Part shown: in pieces, positions 1-9,540 of the stretch | How the letters are laid out: every line of letters begins with the position of its first letter | Numbering within the stretch: the first letter of the stretch is position 1 | From: Acidimicrobiia bacterium | GTDB taxonomy: Bacteria; Actinomycetota; Acidimicrobiia; Acidimicrobiales; Aldehydirespiratoraceae | Direction of reading: 5' to 3' | Length of the DNA: 64,000 nt | NCBI GenBank assembly: GCA_003231645.1 | Contig: QIIW01000108.1 | Span: forward strand, 2,443-66,442 | The notes under the pieces: model-generated | What the model saw: only the letters and a program-made list of their open reading frames with translations | What the model was told of the DNA's origin: nothing | Databases searched by the model: none | Made by a program: the position numbers and the translations under genes

Positions 1-729
1 GTCGATCATCGCGGGGTCGAGTTCGTCGTCCTCCGGTATGGGGTTGGCGACCAGCAGGCCACCGCGATGGCCGAGCGCCACCGCCCCGCGCAGCATCCGA
101 GCGACCGTAGGCGCGTCGTCCACACAGCAGGTGACCGGCAGGCCACTGTCACGCACGTAGAAGGCGGGAAAACGATCGGTGCGCCAACCGACCACCGGCA
201 CACCCAGGCTCTCCAGCATCTCGAGGGTGCGGGCCAGGTCGAGGAACGATTTCGCTCCCGCCGACACTGTGATCACCGGGTGACGAGCCAACGCCACGAG
301 ATCGTGGCTGATGTCCCCACTCGACTCGGATCCCCGGTGGACTCCGCCTATACCGCCCGTGGTGAACACCTCGATCCCGGCACGCGCCGCGAGGGTCAGA
401 GAAGCCGACACCGTCGTGACTCCCACATCGAGCCTGGTGCCCAGGGCGATCGGTAGGTCACGGGCGGCGATCTTCGCCGTGGCCGACAGAACCCTGTCGA
501 TCGAATCGTCCTCGACCCCGACCACACCCCGCCCGTCGATCACCGCGGTGAGCGCCGGCACGGAACCGTTGCGGCGTATCGCGGCGACACAACGATGCAG
601 ACACTCGTGGTTGGCCGGGGCGGGAAGACCCAAGCTGCTGAAGATGGTCGATTCGAGTGCCACCACCGGGCGACCGTCGGACAGCGCGTCGACGACCTCG
701 TCGGCCATGTGGAGACTTCGTGATGTCAT
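1..729 (-). CDS. psuG: Pseudouridine-5'-phosphate glycosidase (3' end runs off the window; absent from ORF track)
   Basis: Manual minus-strand translation from ATG at 729: MTSRSLHMADEVVDALSDGRPVVALESTIFSSLGLPAP...GVTTVSASL...VFTTGGIGGVHRG...DISHDL...AGAKSFLDLARTLEMLESLGVPVVG, matching PsuG/IndA motifs. Confidence 0.93.
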   Translation of the reverse strand, partial: MTSRSLHMADEVVDALSDGRPVVALESTIFSSLGLPAPANHECLHRCVAAIRRNGSVPALTAVIDGRGVVGVEDDSIDRVLSATAKIAARDLPIALGTRLDVGVTTVSASLTLAARAGIEVFTTGGIGGVHRGSESSGDISHDLVALARHPVITVSAGAKSFLDLARTLEMLESLGVPVVGWRTDRFPAFYVRDSGLPVTCCVDDAPTVARMLRGAVALGHRGGLLVANPIPEDDELDPAMID

Positions 730-830
730 GCCCGGAGGCTACGACTCAGCGACCGACCGACGGAAGGATCGCCGGAAATACCGCGATGACGGATGGCCCC
801 GGCCGCCCGGAAGGGTGTATCAATTCGCCC

Positions 831-2552
831 GTGATCGATGCATTCAAGTCCACTTGGGAAGAACTCACCGCGCCGGGCGCGCCATTCGCATGGTCCATGC
901 AGGAAGTTCGCGGCATGCAGATGCGCGTCTTCGACACCGCCCCGCCTCACATGAGAGTCCTGTGGGAGATGTCGGCCGGCTACGGCGACAAGCCCTATGT
1001 CGTCTTCGAGGACGAGACCTACACCTACAACGAGATGCATGCCCGGGTTCGGTCTCTCGCCCATTACCTCCGCGACGAGCTGGGTGTGGCGGAGGGCGAC
1101 AGGGTGGCCGTTGCCATGCGCAACTATCCCGAGTGGATCACCAGTTACTGGGCGATCACCTCGCTCGGTGCCGCCATCGTCGGCATGAATGCCTGGTGGA
1201 CCGGCCCCGAGATGCGATTCGGTCTCGAAGACTCCCGGCCCAAGGCCCTGATCGCCGATGACGAACGACTCGAGAGGGTCATTCCCGAACTCGACGCCAT
1301 CCGCGAAAAGGGTTCACTGCGGGTCGTGTCCGTTCGATCCGACCGAGAACTGCCCGGTGACGCCGTGCTGTGGGCCGACATCGTGAAGCCCGACGAGGCG
1401 GCCGCCGAACTGCCCGAGGCCAGGATCGAACCAGACGACGACGTCTGCATCTTCTACACGTCGGGCACCACCGGCTTCCCCAAGGGCGCACAGCTCACCC
1501 ACCGCGGCTCGGTCCACAACATTCTGCACGTCGCGTTCGCCAACAGTCTGGCCACCGCGGCCGCCGCCAAGATCGATGCCGCCAACGGGGTGGTGACCGA
1601 GCAGGCCGTCGACACTCCGCCTGCGGTCATGGTGCCCACGCCACTGTTCCACGTCACCGCCTGCAACTGCGTGCTCCACCCGGTGACCGCATCCGGCGCC
1701 AAGATCGTCCTGATGCGCAAGTGGAACCCACAGCGGGCCCTGCAGTTGATCGAGCGCGAGCACGTGACGGGTTTCACCGGCGTGCCCACCATGGCCCGCG
1801 AGATACTCACGCATCCCGATTGGGAGACCACCGACACCTCGACCCTTGCTACCCTGGGAGGTGGCGGTGCCGCCCTCCAGCCCGACCTGGTCGAGAAAAT
1901 CGATCAGGCCAAGGGCGCCGTGAAACCGAGCACTGGATACGGCCTGACCGAGACCCACGGCATCACCACCGCGGTCGGCAGTGTCTTCTTCTCGGCCAAA
2001 CCGACTTCGGCCGGACCGATCCTGCCCACCTTCGAGTCCAAGCTGATCGACGATGAGGGCAACGAGCTTCCCCCGGGGTCGATCGGCCGGCTCTGTGTGA
2101 AAGGTCCGGCCGTGATCAAGGGCTATCTCAACCGGCCCGACGCCACAGCCGAGGCGATCAAGGACGGCTGGTTCGACACCGGCGACATCGTGCACATCGA
2201 CGAGGACGGATTCGTCCACATCGTCGACCGGGCCAAGGACATGGTGCTCCGAGGGGGCGAGAACATCTTCTGCTCCGAGGTCGAGGCCGCGATCTACCAG
2301 CACCCCGATGTCGCCGAGGCCGCGGTGTTCGGGGTCCCCGACGAACGCCTCGGCGAGGAGGTCGCGGTGGCCATCGTGCGGGTCGATGGCAGCAACCTCG
2401 ACGAAACCGAGCTGGCCACCCACCTCGAGCCGCTCCTGGCGAGATTCAAGCATCCCAAGAAGGTGTGGTTCCTCGAGGAGGCACTGCCCCGCAACGCCAA
2501 CGGCAAGTTCGTCAAGCGAGAGCTGCGCGAACGCCTCGCGCCTTCGGAGTGA
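831..2552 (+). CDS. Class I adenylate-forming enzyme (long-chain fatty acyl-CoA ligase-like)
   Basis: YTSGTTGFPKG, GYGLTET, FDTGD and LPRNANGK motifs; start uncertain (GTG 831 or ATG 786). Confidence 0.9.
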   Translation: MIDAFKSTWEELTAPGAPFAWSMQEVRGMQMRVFDTAPPHMRVLWEMSAGYGDKPYVVFEDETYTYNEMHARVRSLAHYLRDELGVAEGDRVAVAMRNYPEWITSYWAITSLGAAIVGMNAWWTGPEMRFGLEDSRPKALIADDERLERVIPELDAIREKGSLRVVSVRSDRELPGDAVLWADIVKPDEAAAELPEARIEPDDDVCIFYTSGTTGFPKGAQLTHRGSVHNILHVAFANSLATAAAAKIDAANGVVTEQAVDTPPAVMVPTPLFHVTACNCVLHPVTASGAKIVLMRKWNPQRALQLIEREHVTGFTGVPTMAREILTHPDWETTDTSTLATLGGGGAALQPDLVEKIDQAKGAVKPSTGYGLTETHGITTAVGSVFFSAKPTSAGPILPTFESKLIDDEGNELPPGSIGRLCVKGPAVIKGYLNRPDATAEAIKDGWFDTGDIVHIDEDGFVHIVDRAKDMVLRGGENIFCSEVEAAIYQHPDVAEAAVFGVPDERLGEEVAVAIVRVDGSNLDETELATHLEPLLARFKHPKKVWFLEEALPRNANGKFVKRELRERLAPSE

Positions 2553-2648
2553 CCACCAGCGTGACGAAAACCACCTGAACGACGCGGCGTCTGCCCACTG
2601 GCGTCCCGGACCGGCAGTGGCTCGTGCGTGCCCCTGTCGGCGCGCGCC

Positions 2649-4397
2649 ATGTCAGAACCTTCGATCATCCGCCGGGGCTTCCGGCTAGTTGCCGGCTACG
2701 TCCGGGCCCACCCGGGCAGCTTTGCGTTGGCGGTGAGCGGTTCGGTCGTCTACGCCGCCGGCACCGTGCTGTCCACTTTGGCGCTCGGATACGCCACCAA
2801 CAAAGCGATCATTCCGGCGTTCGAGGGGGGCAGTCCCAGCCCGTGGTGGGCGGTCGCCGGGCTGATCGCGGTGGCGGTCCTTCGCACCGGCGGGGTCGTC
2901 GTCCGCCGCTACTACGCAGGTCTCACCGCCGCCGCCGCACGGGCTGATCTGCAGCGGGGCATGGCCCGGCGGATCCTCATGATGCCGCTCGACCGGGTGA
3001 AATCGCGACCCCACGGCCAGCTGCTCAGCCACGTCGATGCCGACTCCGAGTCCGCCATCGACGCGATCCATCCTCTTCCGTTCTCGATCGGTGTGATCAG
3101 CATGCTGATCTTCGGCACGATCAGTCTTGCCCTGCTCGATGTGCCCCTCTTGTTGGTGACTCTCGCGCTCCTGCCGTTGATCGGGTTCATGAGTTGGCTC
3201 AACGCCACGGTCATCCAGAATCCGGCCACCATCGAACGCCGGGCCAACAACACCGTCACCGCGTCGGCGGCCGAGATCATCGAGGGGGTGCAGGTGATCA
3301 AGACACTCGGCCGCGAAGAGGCCGAGACCGCTCTGTTCGCGGAGAAGGTCGATGAGCTTCGAGCCGCCCGGGTGAGTCTGGGTACCAGAAAAACCGCGTT
3401 CGCGGCGTCGTTCTCGGCCGTACCGCAGCTCACGACCATCCTGATTCTCGCCGTCGGCGCCGTCCGCGTCGGCGACGGTCGACTTGATGTCGGCGGGCTC
3501 GTTCAGGCCGTCTCCCTCTTCGCCGTCCTGGCGTTCCCGCTACAGGTGATCGGCTTTTTTCTTTTCGATCTGCCTCCGTCGGTCGTGGGGCACGATCGGG
3601 TCAACCTCGTGCTGTCGGAGCCCGACGACCCGCTGCTGCTCACCTCGGGCGGCCGCCATCTGCCCGTCGGGCCGCTGGGCGCACGGTTGCACACCGTCAC
3701 GGTCGGCGACACCAGCCGGGCGAGACTGAGACGCGCCGAACTGGAGATACATCCGGGCGAGATGCTCGCCGTGGTGGGGCCCACTGCCGGTGGAAAGTCG
3801 ACGGTGCTGGAAGTCCTCTCCCGCCTGAGGCCATGCGACGAAGGAAGCGTGTCGATCGCCGGAACCCCGCTCACCGAGATCGATGACCGCTCACTTCGCT
3901 CGCGGCTCACCCTCGCCACCCAGGACGCATCGCTGTTCCACGGAACGGTGCTCGACAACGTCAGATTCTCGCGTTCGATGAGCGAAGACGAGGTTCTCGA
4001 GGCGCTCCGGGTCGCCGGCACCGACGACCTCGAGCACGCGCTCGTCGACGGCTACCGCACGGTCATCGGGGAGCGCGGCGTCACCCTTTCGGGCGGTCAA
4101 CGCCAGCGAGTGGCCCTCGCCCGTGCCCTGGCGGGGCATCCGGGCATGGTGCTGCTCGATGACGCCACATCAGCCGTCGACCCGTTGCTCGAGGAGCAGA
4201 TTGTGGGACGGCTCTCCGAACTCTCGATGACCGTGGTGATGGTTACCCATCGGGTCGCGGCGATGACCGCCGCCGACCGGGTCGCCCTCGTCGCCGAGGG
4301 GCGCGTGGTCGATGTCGCCGGCCACGACTCGCTGCTGCGGAACCCGATCTACAGAGGCCTCGTCGAGGCGTATCTGGCCTCTGAGGTGCTGTCATGA
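2649..4397 (+). CDS. ABC exporter, fused permease/ATPase (heterodimer subunit 1)
   Basis: N-terminal TM domain; GPTAGGKS, LSGGQRQR, degenerate Walker B LLDDAT. Confidence 0.9.
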   Translation: MSEPSIIRRGFRLVAGYVRAHPGSFALAVSGSVVYAAGTVLSTLALGYATNKAIIPAFEGGSPSPWWAVAGLIAVAVLRTGGVVVRRYYAGLTAAAARADLQRGMARRILMMPLDRVKSRPHGQLLSHVDADSESAIDAIHPLPFSIGVISMLIFGTISLALLDVPLLLVTLALLPLIGFMSWLNATVIQNPATIERRANNTVTASAAEIIEGVQVIKTLGREEAETALFAEKVDELRAARVSLGTRKTAFAASFSAVPQLTTILILAVGAVRVGDGRLDVGGLVQAVSLFAVLAFPLQVIGFFLFDLPPSVVGHDRVNLVLSEPDDPLLLTSGGRHLPVGPLGARLHTVTVGDTSRARLRRAELEIHPGEMLAVVGPTAGGKSTVLEVLSRLRPCDEGSVSIAGTPLTEIDDRSLRSRLTLATQDASLFHGTVLDNVRFSRSMSEDEVLEALRVAGTDDLEHALVDGYRTVIGERGVTLSGGQRQRVALARALAGHPGMVLLDDATSAVDPLLEEQIVGRLSELSMTVVMVTHRVAAMTAADRVALVAEGRVVDVAGHDSLLRNPIYRGLVEAYLASEVLS

Positions 4398-6178
4398 CCG
4401 CCGACGGGCCGACCGCACTCGGTATCATCCACCGCGGTTTCGAGATCAGCCCGGGATTCAAACGGGCGACGATTCTCTTCGCCATCGTCGGGGTGTTCGA
4501 AGCCGCCGGCCGCGTGGCCGTACCGGTCCTCTTTCAGCTCATCATCGACCGGGGTCTCCTGGCCCCGGGAGGAATCGAGACCCGGACTCTCACCCGCCTG
4601 CTGGCCACCGCCGTGGCGGTGATTCTCGTGGTCACCATCGCCGCGCTCGCCGCCGAACTCGCTGTGTTGCGGGTGGCCGAGAAGGCATTGTCGCGTCTCA
4701 GGGTCAAGACCCTCAGGCGGGCTATCGACCTGTCGCCGGCTCAACATGCCGACGAGCGGCGCGGCGACCTCGTCTCGCGTGTGACCGGCGATGTCGACAC
4801 CGTGGCGAGGTTCCTCGACTGGGGTGCCTATTCGTGGATCGTCGACTCGTCGGTGGCCGTCGGCGCGGTCGCGGTGATGTACGTCTACTCCTGGCAACTG
4901 GCGGTGGTGGTCACGCTGAGCTTCGCGGCGATGCTGCCGATCCTGAGGTTGATCCAGGGGCGGCAACGACGCGGCTACTCGGTGGTCCGCGACCGCACGG
5001 CCAGGTTGCTCGGTGAGGTGTCGGAGACCATCGGTGGTGCCGCGGTGATACGTGGGCTCGGCCACAGCGAGGCCTCACTACAGGCCCTCGATGGCACCAT
5101 TGATGAGCAGTACCGCGCCCAGGTCGACGTCAACCGTTACTCGGCCGTTCTGTTCACCGTGTCCGACATCTTTGGCACGCTCGCCCTTTCGGCGGTGATA
5201 GTCGTCGTGTCGTTCTGGGGGCCGGGCTGGGGGCTCGACCCCGGCAAGGTCATCGCCTTCCTGTTCCTCGTGCAGTTGGTCATCGGTCCGGTCTCCGAAC
5301 TTACCGAAGTGATCGACCAGACCTCGCTCGCTCTCGCCGGATGGCGCAGATCGTTGGAGCTTCTCGACCGCCCCGACTCGCTCCCCGAACCCGACCCCGA
5401 CCTGATCGAGGTCATGCCCGACGGCGCGCTCACCATCGATGTCGACCGGTTGACGTTCGCCTACACCGACCACCTCGTGCTCGACCGGGTCGACCTGCAC
5501 ATCCCGGCCGGCACCTCTGTCGCGGTCGTGGGGGCCACCGGATCGGGCAAGACCACATTTGTCCGGCTCCTGTGCCGACTGGCCGACCCCGACGAAGGGA
5601 CGGTCAGGCTCGGTGGCGCCGACCTTCGTCGGGTGCCGTCACCGGAGCGCCGCGAGCGGGTGCGCATGGTTCCCCAGGACGGCTTCCTCTTCGCCACCAC
5701 CGTCCACGACAACATTCTGCGAGGACGTGACGGTGCCACCGACTCCGACGTCGACGCCGCCATCGACCGCCTCGGACTGCGTGACTGGATCGACCATCTC
5801 CCGGATGGCCTCACCACAGTCCTCGGGCCCGGCGGCGAGGGCCTGTCCGTCGGTGAGAGACAACTGGTGGCGCTCATCCGGGCCCAACTCGCCGACCCCG
5901 GGCTTCTGGTTCTCGACGAGGCGACCTCGTCACTTGACCCGGTCACCGAGAAAGCCATGTCCGATGCCCTCGATCGCATCAGCCGGGAGCGCACGACCAT
6001 CAGCGTCGCCCACCGACTCTCCACAGCCGAGCGAGCCGACATGATCGTCGTGTTCGATCACGGGCGGATCGTGGAATCGGGCTCGCATCCCGACCTCGTC
6101 GCCCTCGGCGGCCGTTACGCCGGACTGCACCGGGCCTGGCAGCGCGGTACGGGTTCGACCGAGGACCGGACGCTCTGA
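4394..6178 (+). CDS. ABC exporter, fused permease/ATPase (heterodimer subunit 2)
   Basis: GATGSGKT, LSVGERQL, VLDEATS, AHRLST; ATGA overlap with the previous gene. Confidence 0.9.
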   Translation: MTADGPTALGIIHRGFEISPGFKRATILFAIVGVFEAAGRVAVPVLFQLIIDRGLLAPGGIETRTLTRLLATAVAVILVVTIAALAAELAVLRVAEKALSRLRVKTLRRAIDLSPAQHADERRGDLVSRVTGDVDTVARFLDWGAYSWIVDSSVAVGAVAVMYVYSWQLAVVVTLSFAAMLPILRLIQGRQRRGYSVVRDRTARLLGEVSETIGGAAVIRGLGHSEASLQALDGTIDEQYRAQVDVNRYSAVLFTVSDIFGTLALSAVIVVVSFWGPGWGLDPGKVIAFLFLVQLVIGPVSELTEVIDQTSLALAGWRRSLELLDRPDSLPEPDPDLIEVMPDGALTIDVDRLTFAYTDHLVLDRVDLHIPAGTSVAVVGATGSGKTTFVRLLCRLADPDEGTVRLGGADLRRVPSPERRERVRMVPQDGFLFATTVHDNILRGRDGATDSDVDAAIDRLGLRDWIDHLPDGLTTVLGPGGEGLSVGERQLVALIRAQLADPGLLVLDEATSSLDPVTEKAMSDALDRISRERTTISVAHRLSTAERADMIVVFDHGRIVESGSHPDLVALGGRYAGLHRAWQRGTGSTEDRTL

Positions 6179-6182
6179 GCGA

Positions 6183-6944
6183 CTAGCGGTCGACCATGAA
6201 CGGGAAGTCACGACGGGTGGCTGTCACGAAATCCGGGTCGATGTCGGCGATGATCGTCTCCTCCACCCCCGGTTCGGCCGTGATCTCGTCACCCATCGGG
6301 TCGATGATGCGGGTGTCGCCCGAGTAAACCAAGCGGCCGGCCCGTCCCACCCGGTTGACGCCGATCACATAAGCCTGATTCTCGATCGCCCTCGCTCGAA
6401 GCAGCGCTATCCAGTGCCGGCTACGGCTCTCGGGCCAATTGGCGGGAACGATGTAGCAGTCGGTCTCGGCGGCGGCGTCCCAGAACAGGTCGGCGAAGCG
6501 AAGGTCGTAGCAGATGAGTGGGGTTACGTTGACCCCGTCGATCTCGACCGTGGTCACGCCCGAACCCGCCGAGTAGTGCTCGTGCTCACCCGACATCGAG
6601 AACGGGTGGATCTTGTCGTAGGTGTGAGTGGTGCCATCGGGACCGGCCAGCACGAACCGGTTGACCGGCAACCCGCCGTCGGGCATCACCACCGGCACCG
6701 AGCCGGCCACCCACAGGTCGTGTTCGGCGGCCTGCTCGAGCATGAACGTGGTGGTGGGGCCGTCGGACTGCTCGGCGATACGGTCCGACTTCATCGAGAA
6801 CCCGGTCGACCACATCTCGCTGACCACCGTCAGCCGCGCTCCTCGATGGGCGGCATCGGCAATGCGAGGAGCCATTCGCCCGAAGTTGGCCGGCGGGTCC
6901 TCCCAGACGATGTCGTGCTGTATCGCCGCCGCTTTGATCATCAT
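6183..6944 (-). CDS. Carbon-nitrogen hydrolase (omega-amidase/YafV-like)
   Basis: E-K-C triad (SEMW, YDKIH, ICYDLRF) and ARAIENQ; the start overlaps the aminotransferase stop. Confidence 0.88.
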   Translation of the reverse strand: MMIKAAAIQHDIVWEDPPANFGRMAPRIADAAHRGARLTVVSEMWSTGFSMKSDRIAEQSDGPTTTFMLEQAAEHDLWVAGSVPVVMPDGGLPVNRFVLAGPDGTTHTYDKIHPFSMSGEHEHYSAGSGVTTVEIDGVNVTPLICYDLRFADLFWDAAAETDCYIVPANWPESRSRHWIALLRARAIENQAYVIGVNRVGRAGRLVYSGDTRIIDPMGDEITAEPGVEETIIADIDPDFVTATRRDFPFMVDR

Positions 6945-8125
6945 CGATTCCCTTCGGAAACACCGGCCAGCCGTCGCCCGGCCTCGTCGAGCACATCGTC
7001 GCGTTTGCAGAAGGCGAAACGCACGAGATGGCGGCCGGCGTCGGTGTCGTCGTAGAAGACCTGGGTGGGAACGGCCACGACTCCGCAGCGCTCCGGCAGC
7101 GACAGGCAGAAGTCGACACCGTCGACGGCACCGACCGGCCTGATGTCGACGGTCACGAAATAGGTGCCCTGTGGAACCATCACATCGAAACCTGCCGCGG
7201 CCAACCAACGGCAGAGACGGTCCCTCTTGGCTTTCATCGCTGCCGTGTAGCCCTCGAAGAATTCATCGCCAAGGTCGAGCCCGACCGCCACGCCGTATTG
7301 GAACGGCCCACCGTTCACATAGGTGAGGAACTGTTTGGACGTCCGGACCGCGGCGATCAGCTCGGCCGGGCCACACGCCCAACCGATTTTCCACCCGGTG
7401 AACGAGAAGATCTTGCCGGCCGACGAGATGGTGACGGTGCGTTCGACCATTCCGGCGAGCGTGGCGATCGGGACGTGCTCGACGTCGTAGACGAGATGCT
7501 CGTAGACCTCGTCGGCGACCACCAGCACGTCGTGCTCGACGCACAGCTCGGCGATCTGCGACAGCTCGGTCCGGCTGAACACCTTGCCCGTGGGGTTGTG
7601 GGGACTGTTGAGCAACAACATCCGGGTGGCCGGTGTGAACGCCGCGGCCAGTTCGGCCGGGTCGAACGAGTAGCCGGGCGCCCTCAAGGTGACCACCCGG
7701 CGGGTGGCACCGGCCATCGCTATGACCGCGGCGTAGGAGTCGTAGTAGGGCTCGAAGGTGATGACCTCGTCGCCCACCCGGCACAGCGCCAGCAGCGAGG
7801 CCGCGATCGCCTCGGTGGCACCGGCGGTGACCAGCACCTCGGAATCGGGATCGAACGCCTGCCCCCGGAACCTGGCGCGGTGCCGCGCGATGGCCTCCCG
7901 CAGCGGCTGGATCCCCGGCCCGGGTGGGTACTGATTGTGACCGGAACGAATCGCGGCGATCGCCGCCTCCGACACCTCGGCCGGTCCGTCGGTGTCGGGG
8001 AATCCCTGGCCCAGGTTGACCGCTCCCGTCCGGGCCGCCAAGGCGCTCATCTCGGCGAAGATCGTGGTGCCGAACTCGGCCAGATTGGGGTTGAGAAACC
8101 GGTTGGGAGACCCCTCGGATGCCAT
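6941..8125 (-). CDS. PLP-dependent aminotransferase class I (YbdL/DapC-like)
   Basis: NLGQGFPD, NSPHNPTGK, DEVYEH, SAGKIFSFTGWKIGW, RFAFCK. Confidence 0.92.
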   Translation of the reverse strand: MASEGSPNRFLNPNLAEFGTTIFAEMSALAARTGAVNLGQGFPDTDGPAEVSEAAIAAIRSGHNQYPPGPGIQPLREAIARHRARFRGQAFDPDSEVLVTAGATEAIAASLLALCRVGDEVITFEPYYDSYAAVIAMAGATRRVVTLRAPGYSFDPAELAAAFTPATRMLLLNSPHNPTGKVFSRTELSQIAELCVEHDVLVVADEVYEHLVYDVEHVPIATLAGMVERTVTISSAGKIFSFTGWKIGWACGPAELIAAVRTSKQFLTYVNGGPFQYGVAVGLDLGDEFFEGYTAAMKAKRDRLCRWLAAAGFDVMVPQGTYFVTVDIRPVGAVDGVDFCLSLPERCGVVAVPTQVFYDDTDAGRHLVRFAFCKRDDVLDEAGRRLAGVSEGNR

Positions 8126-8162
8126 GGCCGCCGATCCTACGACTCGTCGATCAACGACACCC

Positions 8163-8201
8163 GTTCACACTTCCCTCACGAATCCCTCACCTGATCTCCA
8201 C
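8163..8201 (+). promoter_or_regulatory. Array of four hexamer direct repeats at 11-bp period (putative OmpR/MprA-family binding site)
   Basis: gttcac(8163), cctcac(8174), cctcac(8185), ctccac(8196) upstream of the gene at 8295. Confidence 0.6.
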
Positions 8202-8294
8202 GCTCGTCTCGGAATCCTCTTACCTTCGACCACAATCGTGTTCCCCAGAGAGACGAACAACTCCCCCCCCAGACCCTCTCGAGGAGAAACTCGG

Positions 8295-8945
8295 ATGAAG
8301 AAACCACTGGCAGCCACACTGATTGCGGCCACCACCCTCGGCAGTGTCGCGGCCGGCGCCACCGTGTTCGGCCCCGGCCTCGCCGGCGCCCAGGACTCGA
8401 ACTCCCCGGCCCCGTCCACCGCGCCCGGCCCCGACGCCCAGCGCCGCGACCCGGCCGCCCACATCACCGAGGCGCTTCAGCCGCTGGTCGACAACGGCAC
8501 CCTCACCGACTCGCAGGTCCAAGCGGTTGTCGACGCCCTCCGGGCCGCCCGCCCCGACAAGGGCCGATTCGCGGACCGTGGCCCCCGTCGGCCAAACCTC
8601 GACAATCTGGCTGAGGTGCTCGGCACCGACGCCCAGACCCTCGGCCAGGAGCTCCGCAGCGGCCAGTCGCTGGCCGATATCGCCTCCGCCAATGGTGTCG
8701 ACACCCAGGACGTGGTCGACGCCATCGTCGCCAACATGGAGACCCGCATCCAGGAAGGCGTCGACAACGGTCGACTCGACCAGGCCAAGGCCGACGAGAT
8801 GCTCGCCAACGCCGAAGCCCGCGCCACCGACATCGTCGAGGGCAACGTCAGGCCCGGCGGCCCTCGGGGCCATCGGGGCCCGGGCAACGGTGGACCCGGC
8901 TTCGGCGGACCCGGCGGTCCGGCCGGAAATTCCGGCGGCGCCTGA
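8295..8945 (+). CDS. Secreted helical hypothetical protein with Gly/Pro-rich tail
   Basis: GAGGAG RBS; signal peptide MKKPLAATLIAATTLGSVAAG...AGA; helical segments such as LRSGQSLADIASANGVD. Confidence 0.8.
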   Translation: MKKPLAATLIAATTLGSVAAGATVFGPGLAGAQDSNSPAPSTAPGPDAQRRDPAAHITEALQPLVDNGTLTDSQVQAVVDALRAARPDKGRFADRGPRRPNLDNLAEVLGTDAQTLGQELRSGQSLADIASANGVDTQDVVDAIVANMETRIQEGVDNGRLDQAKADEMLANAEARATDIVEGNVRPGGPRGHRGPGNGGPGFGGPGGPAGNSGGA

Positions 8946-8962
8946 TCAGCCGAGCTGAATCG

Positions 8963-8998
8963 ACCCGGAGGTCGCGGGTTCGGATCCTGCCGCCACCA
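8963..8998 (+). pseudogene. Degenerate 3' half of a tRNA (initiator Met-like), possible att remnant
   Basis: acccggaggtc GCGGG TTCGGAT CCTGC cgccaCCA: 5-bp T-stem, 7-nt TTC loop and CCA end; acceptor strand shortened, no 5' half. Confidence 0.6.
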
Positions 8999-9005
8999 TC
9001 AATGA

Positions 9006-9038
9006 AGAGGCCCGGAGACCCAGCGTTTCCGGGCCTCT
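9006..9038 (+). terminator. GC-rich hairpin (intrinsic terminator-like)
   Basis: agaggcccggagac-ccagc-gtttccgggcctct, 14-bp stem with one G-T pair. Confidence 0.7.
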
Positions 9039-9263
9039 GCCGTTCTCCGGACGTATGGAACCCGCGTGCGTAGGTGGACCAACGGGCGCCACGCCGAGCT
9101 CCCGTTCGATGCCCACGACGAGATCCGGTTCGATCCCGTCGACCCGTCTCCTCACATCGATGGACTGATCGAAGCGGTCGTGCAAGCCCACACGGGAATC
9201 TTCCGGGGCTGAGCGAGCCATCGCTGCCCCCGCCCCGGTGGGATCGGAGCCGACCACCCTGAG

Positions 9264-9287
9264 TACCCAACCCCCCTATGGTTTATT
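9264..9287. promoter_or_regulatory. Putative CsoR-type operator
   Basis: tacccAACCCCCCTATGGTTtatt: C-tract pseudo-palindrome resembling TACC-C-tract-GGTA CsoR sites, about 90 bp upstream of the YHS gene, with -10-like TAGAAT/TATGCT downstream. Confidence 0.45.
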
Positions 9288-9376
9288 TCCGCGTCCAGGG
9301 GCTTAGAATTGCTATGCTCGTGGGGCACGACGCAAACAGCGTGGTGTGAACAGCCCATCGATGCGAAGGAGACGTT

Positions 9377-9523
9377 GTGACCGCAAAAGACCCGGTTTGT
9401 GCAATGGTCATCGAGGAGAGTGATGCCGTCGGCACCAGTGAGTACGACGGCAAGACCTACTACTTCTGTTCGATGGACTGCAAGAGTGAGTTCGACGAGA
9501 ACCCGGGAGACTACGCCGACTGA
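9377..9523 (+). CDS. YHS/TRASH-domain small metal (copper)-binding protein, 48 aa (absent from ORF track)
   Basis: AAGGAG RBS; MTAKDPVCAMVIEESDAVGTSEYDGKTYYFCSMDCKSEFDENPGDYAD has the DPVCxM...YYFCSxxC...F signature. Confidence 0.9.
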   Translation: MTAKDPVCAMVIEESDAVGTSEYDGKTYYFCSMDCKSEFDENPGDYAD

Positions 9524-9540
9524 CGCGAAGGGCATCGACA

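Noticed and set aside
8930-9000. Functional tRNA gene
   Set aside because: Only the T-arm and CCA are recognisable; there is no D-arm, anticodon arm or pairing 5' acceptor strand.
9066-9212. 48-codon ORF VRRWTNGRHAELPFDAHDEIRFDP...
   Set aside because: No clear RBS or recognisable motif; it may be a gene fragment but I cannot support a call.
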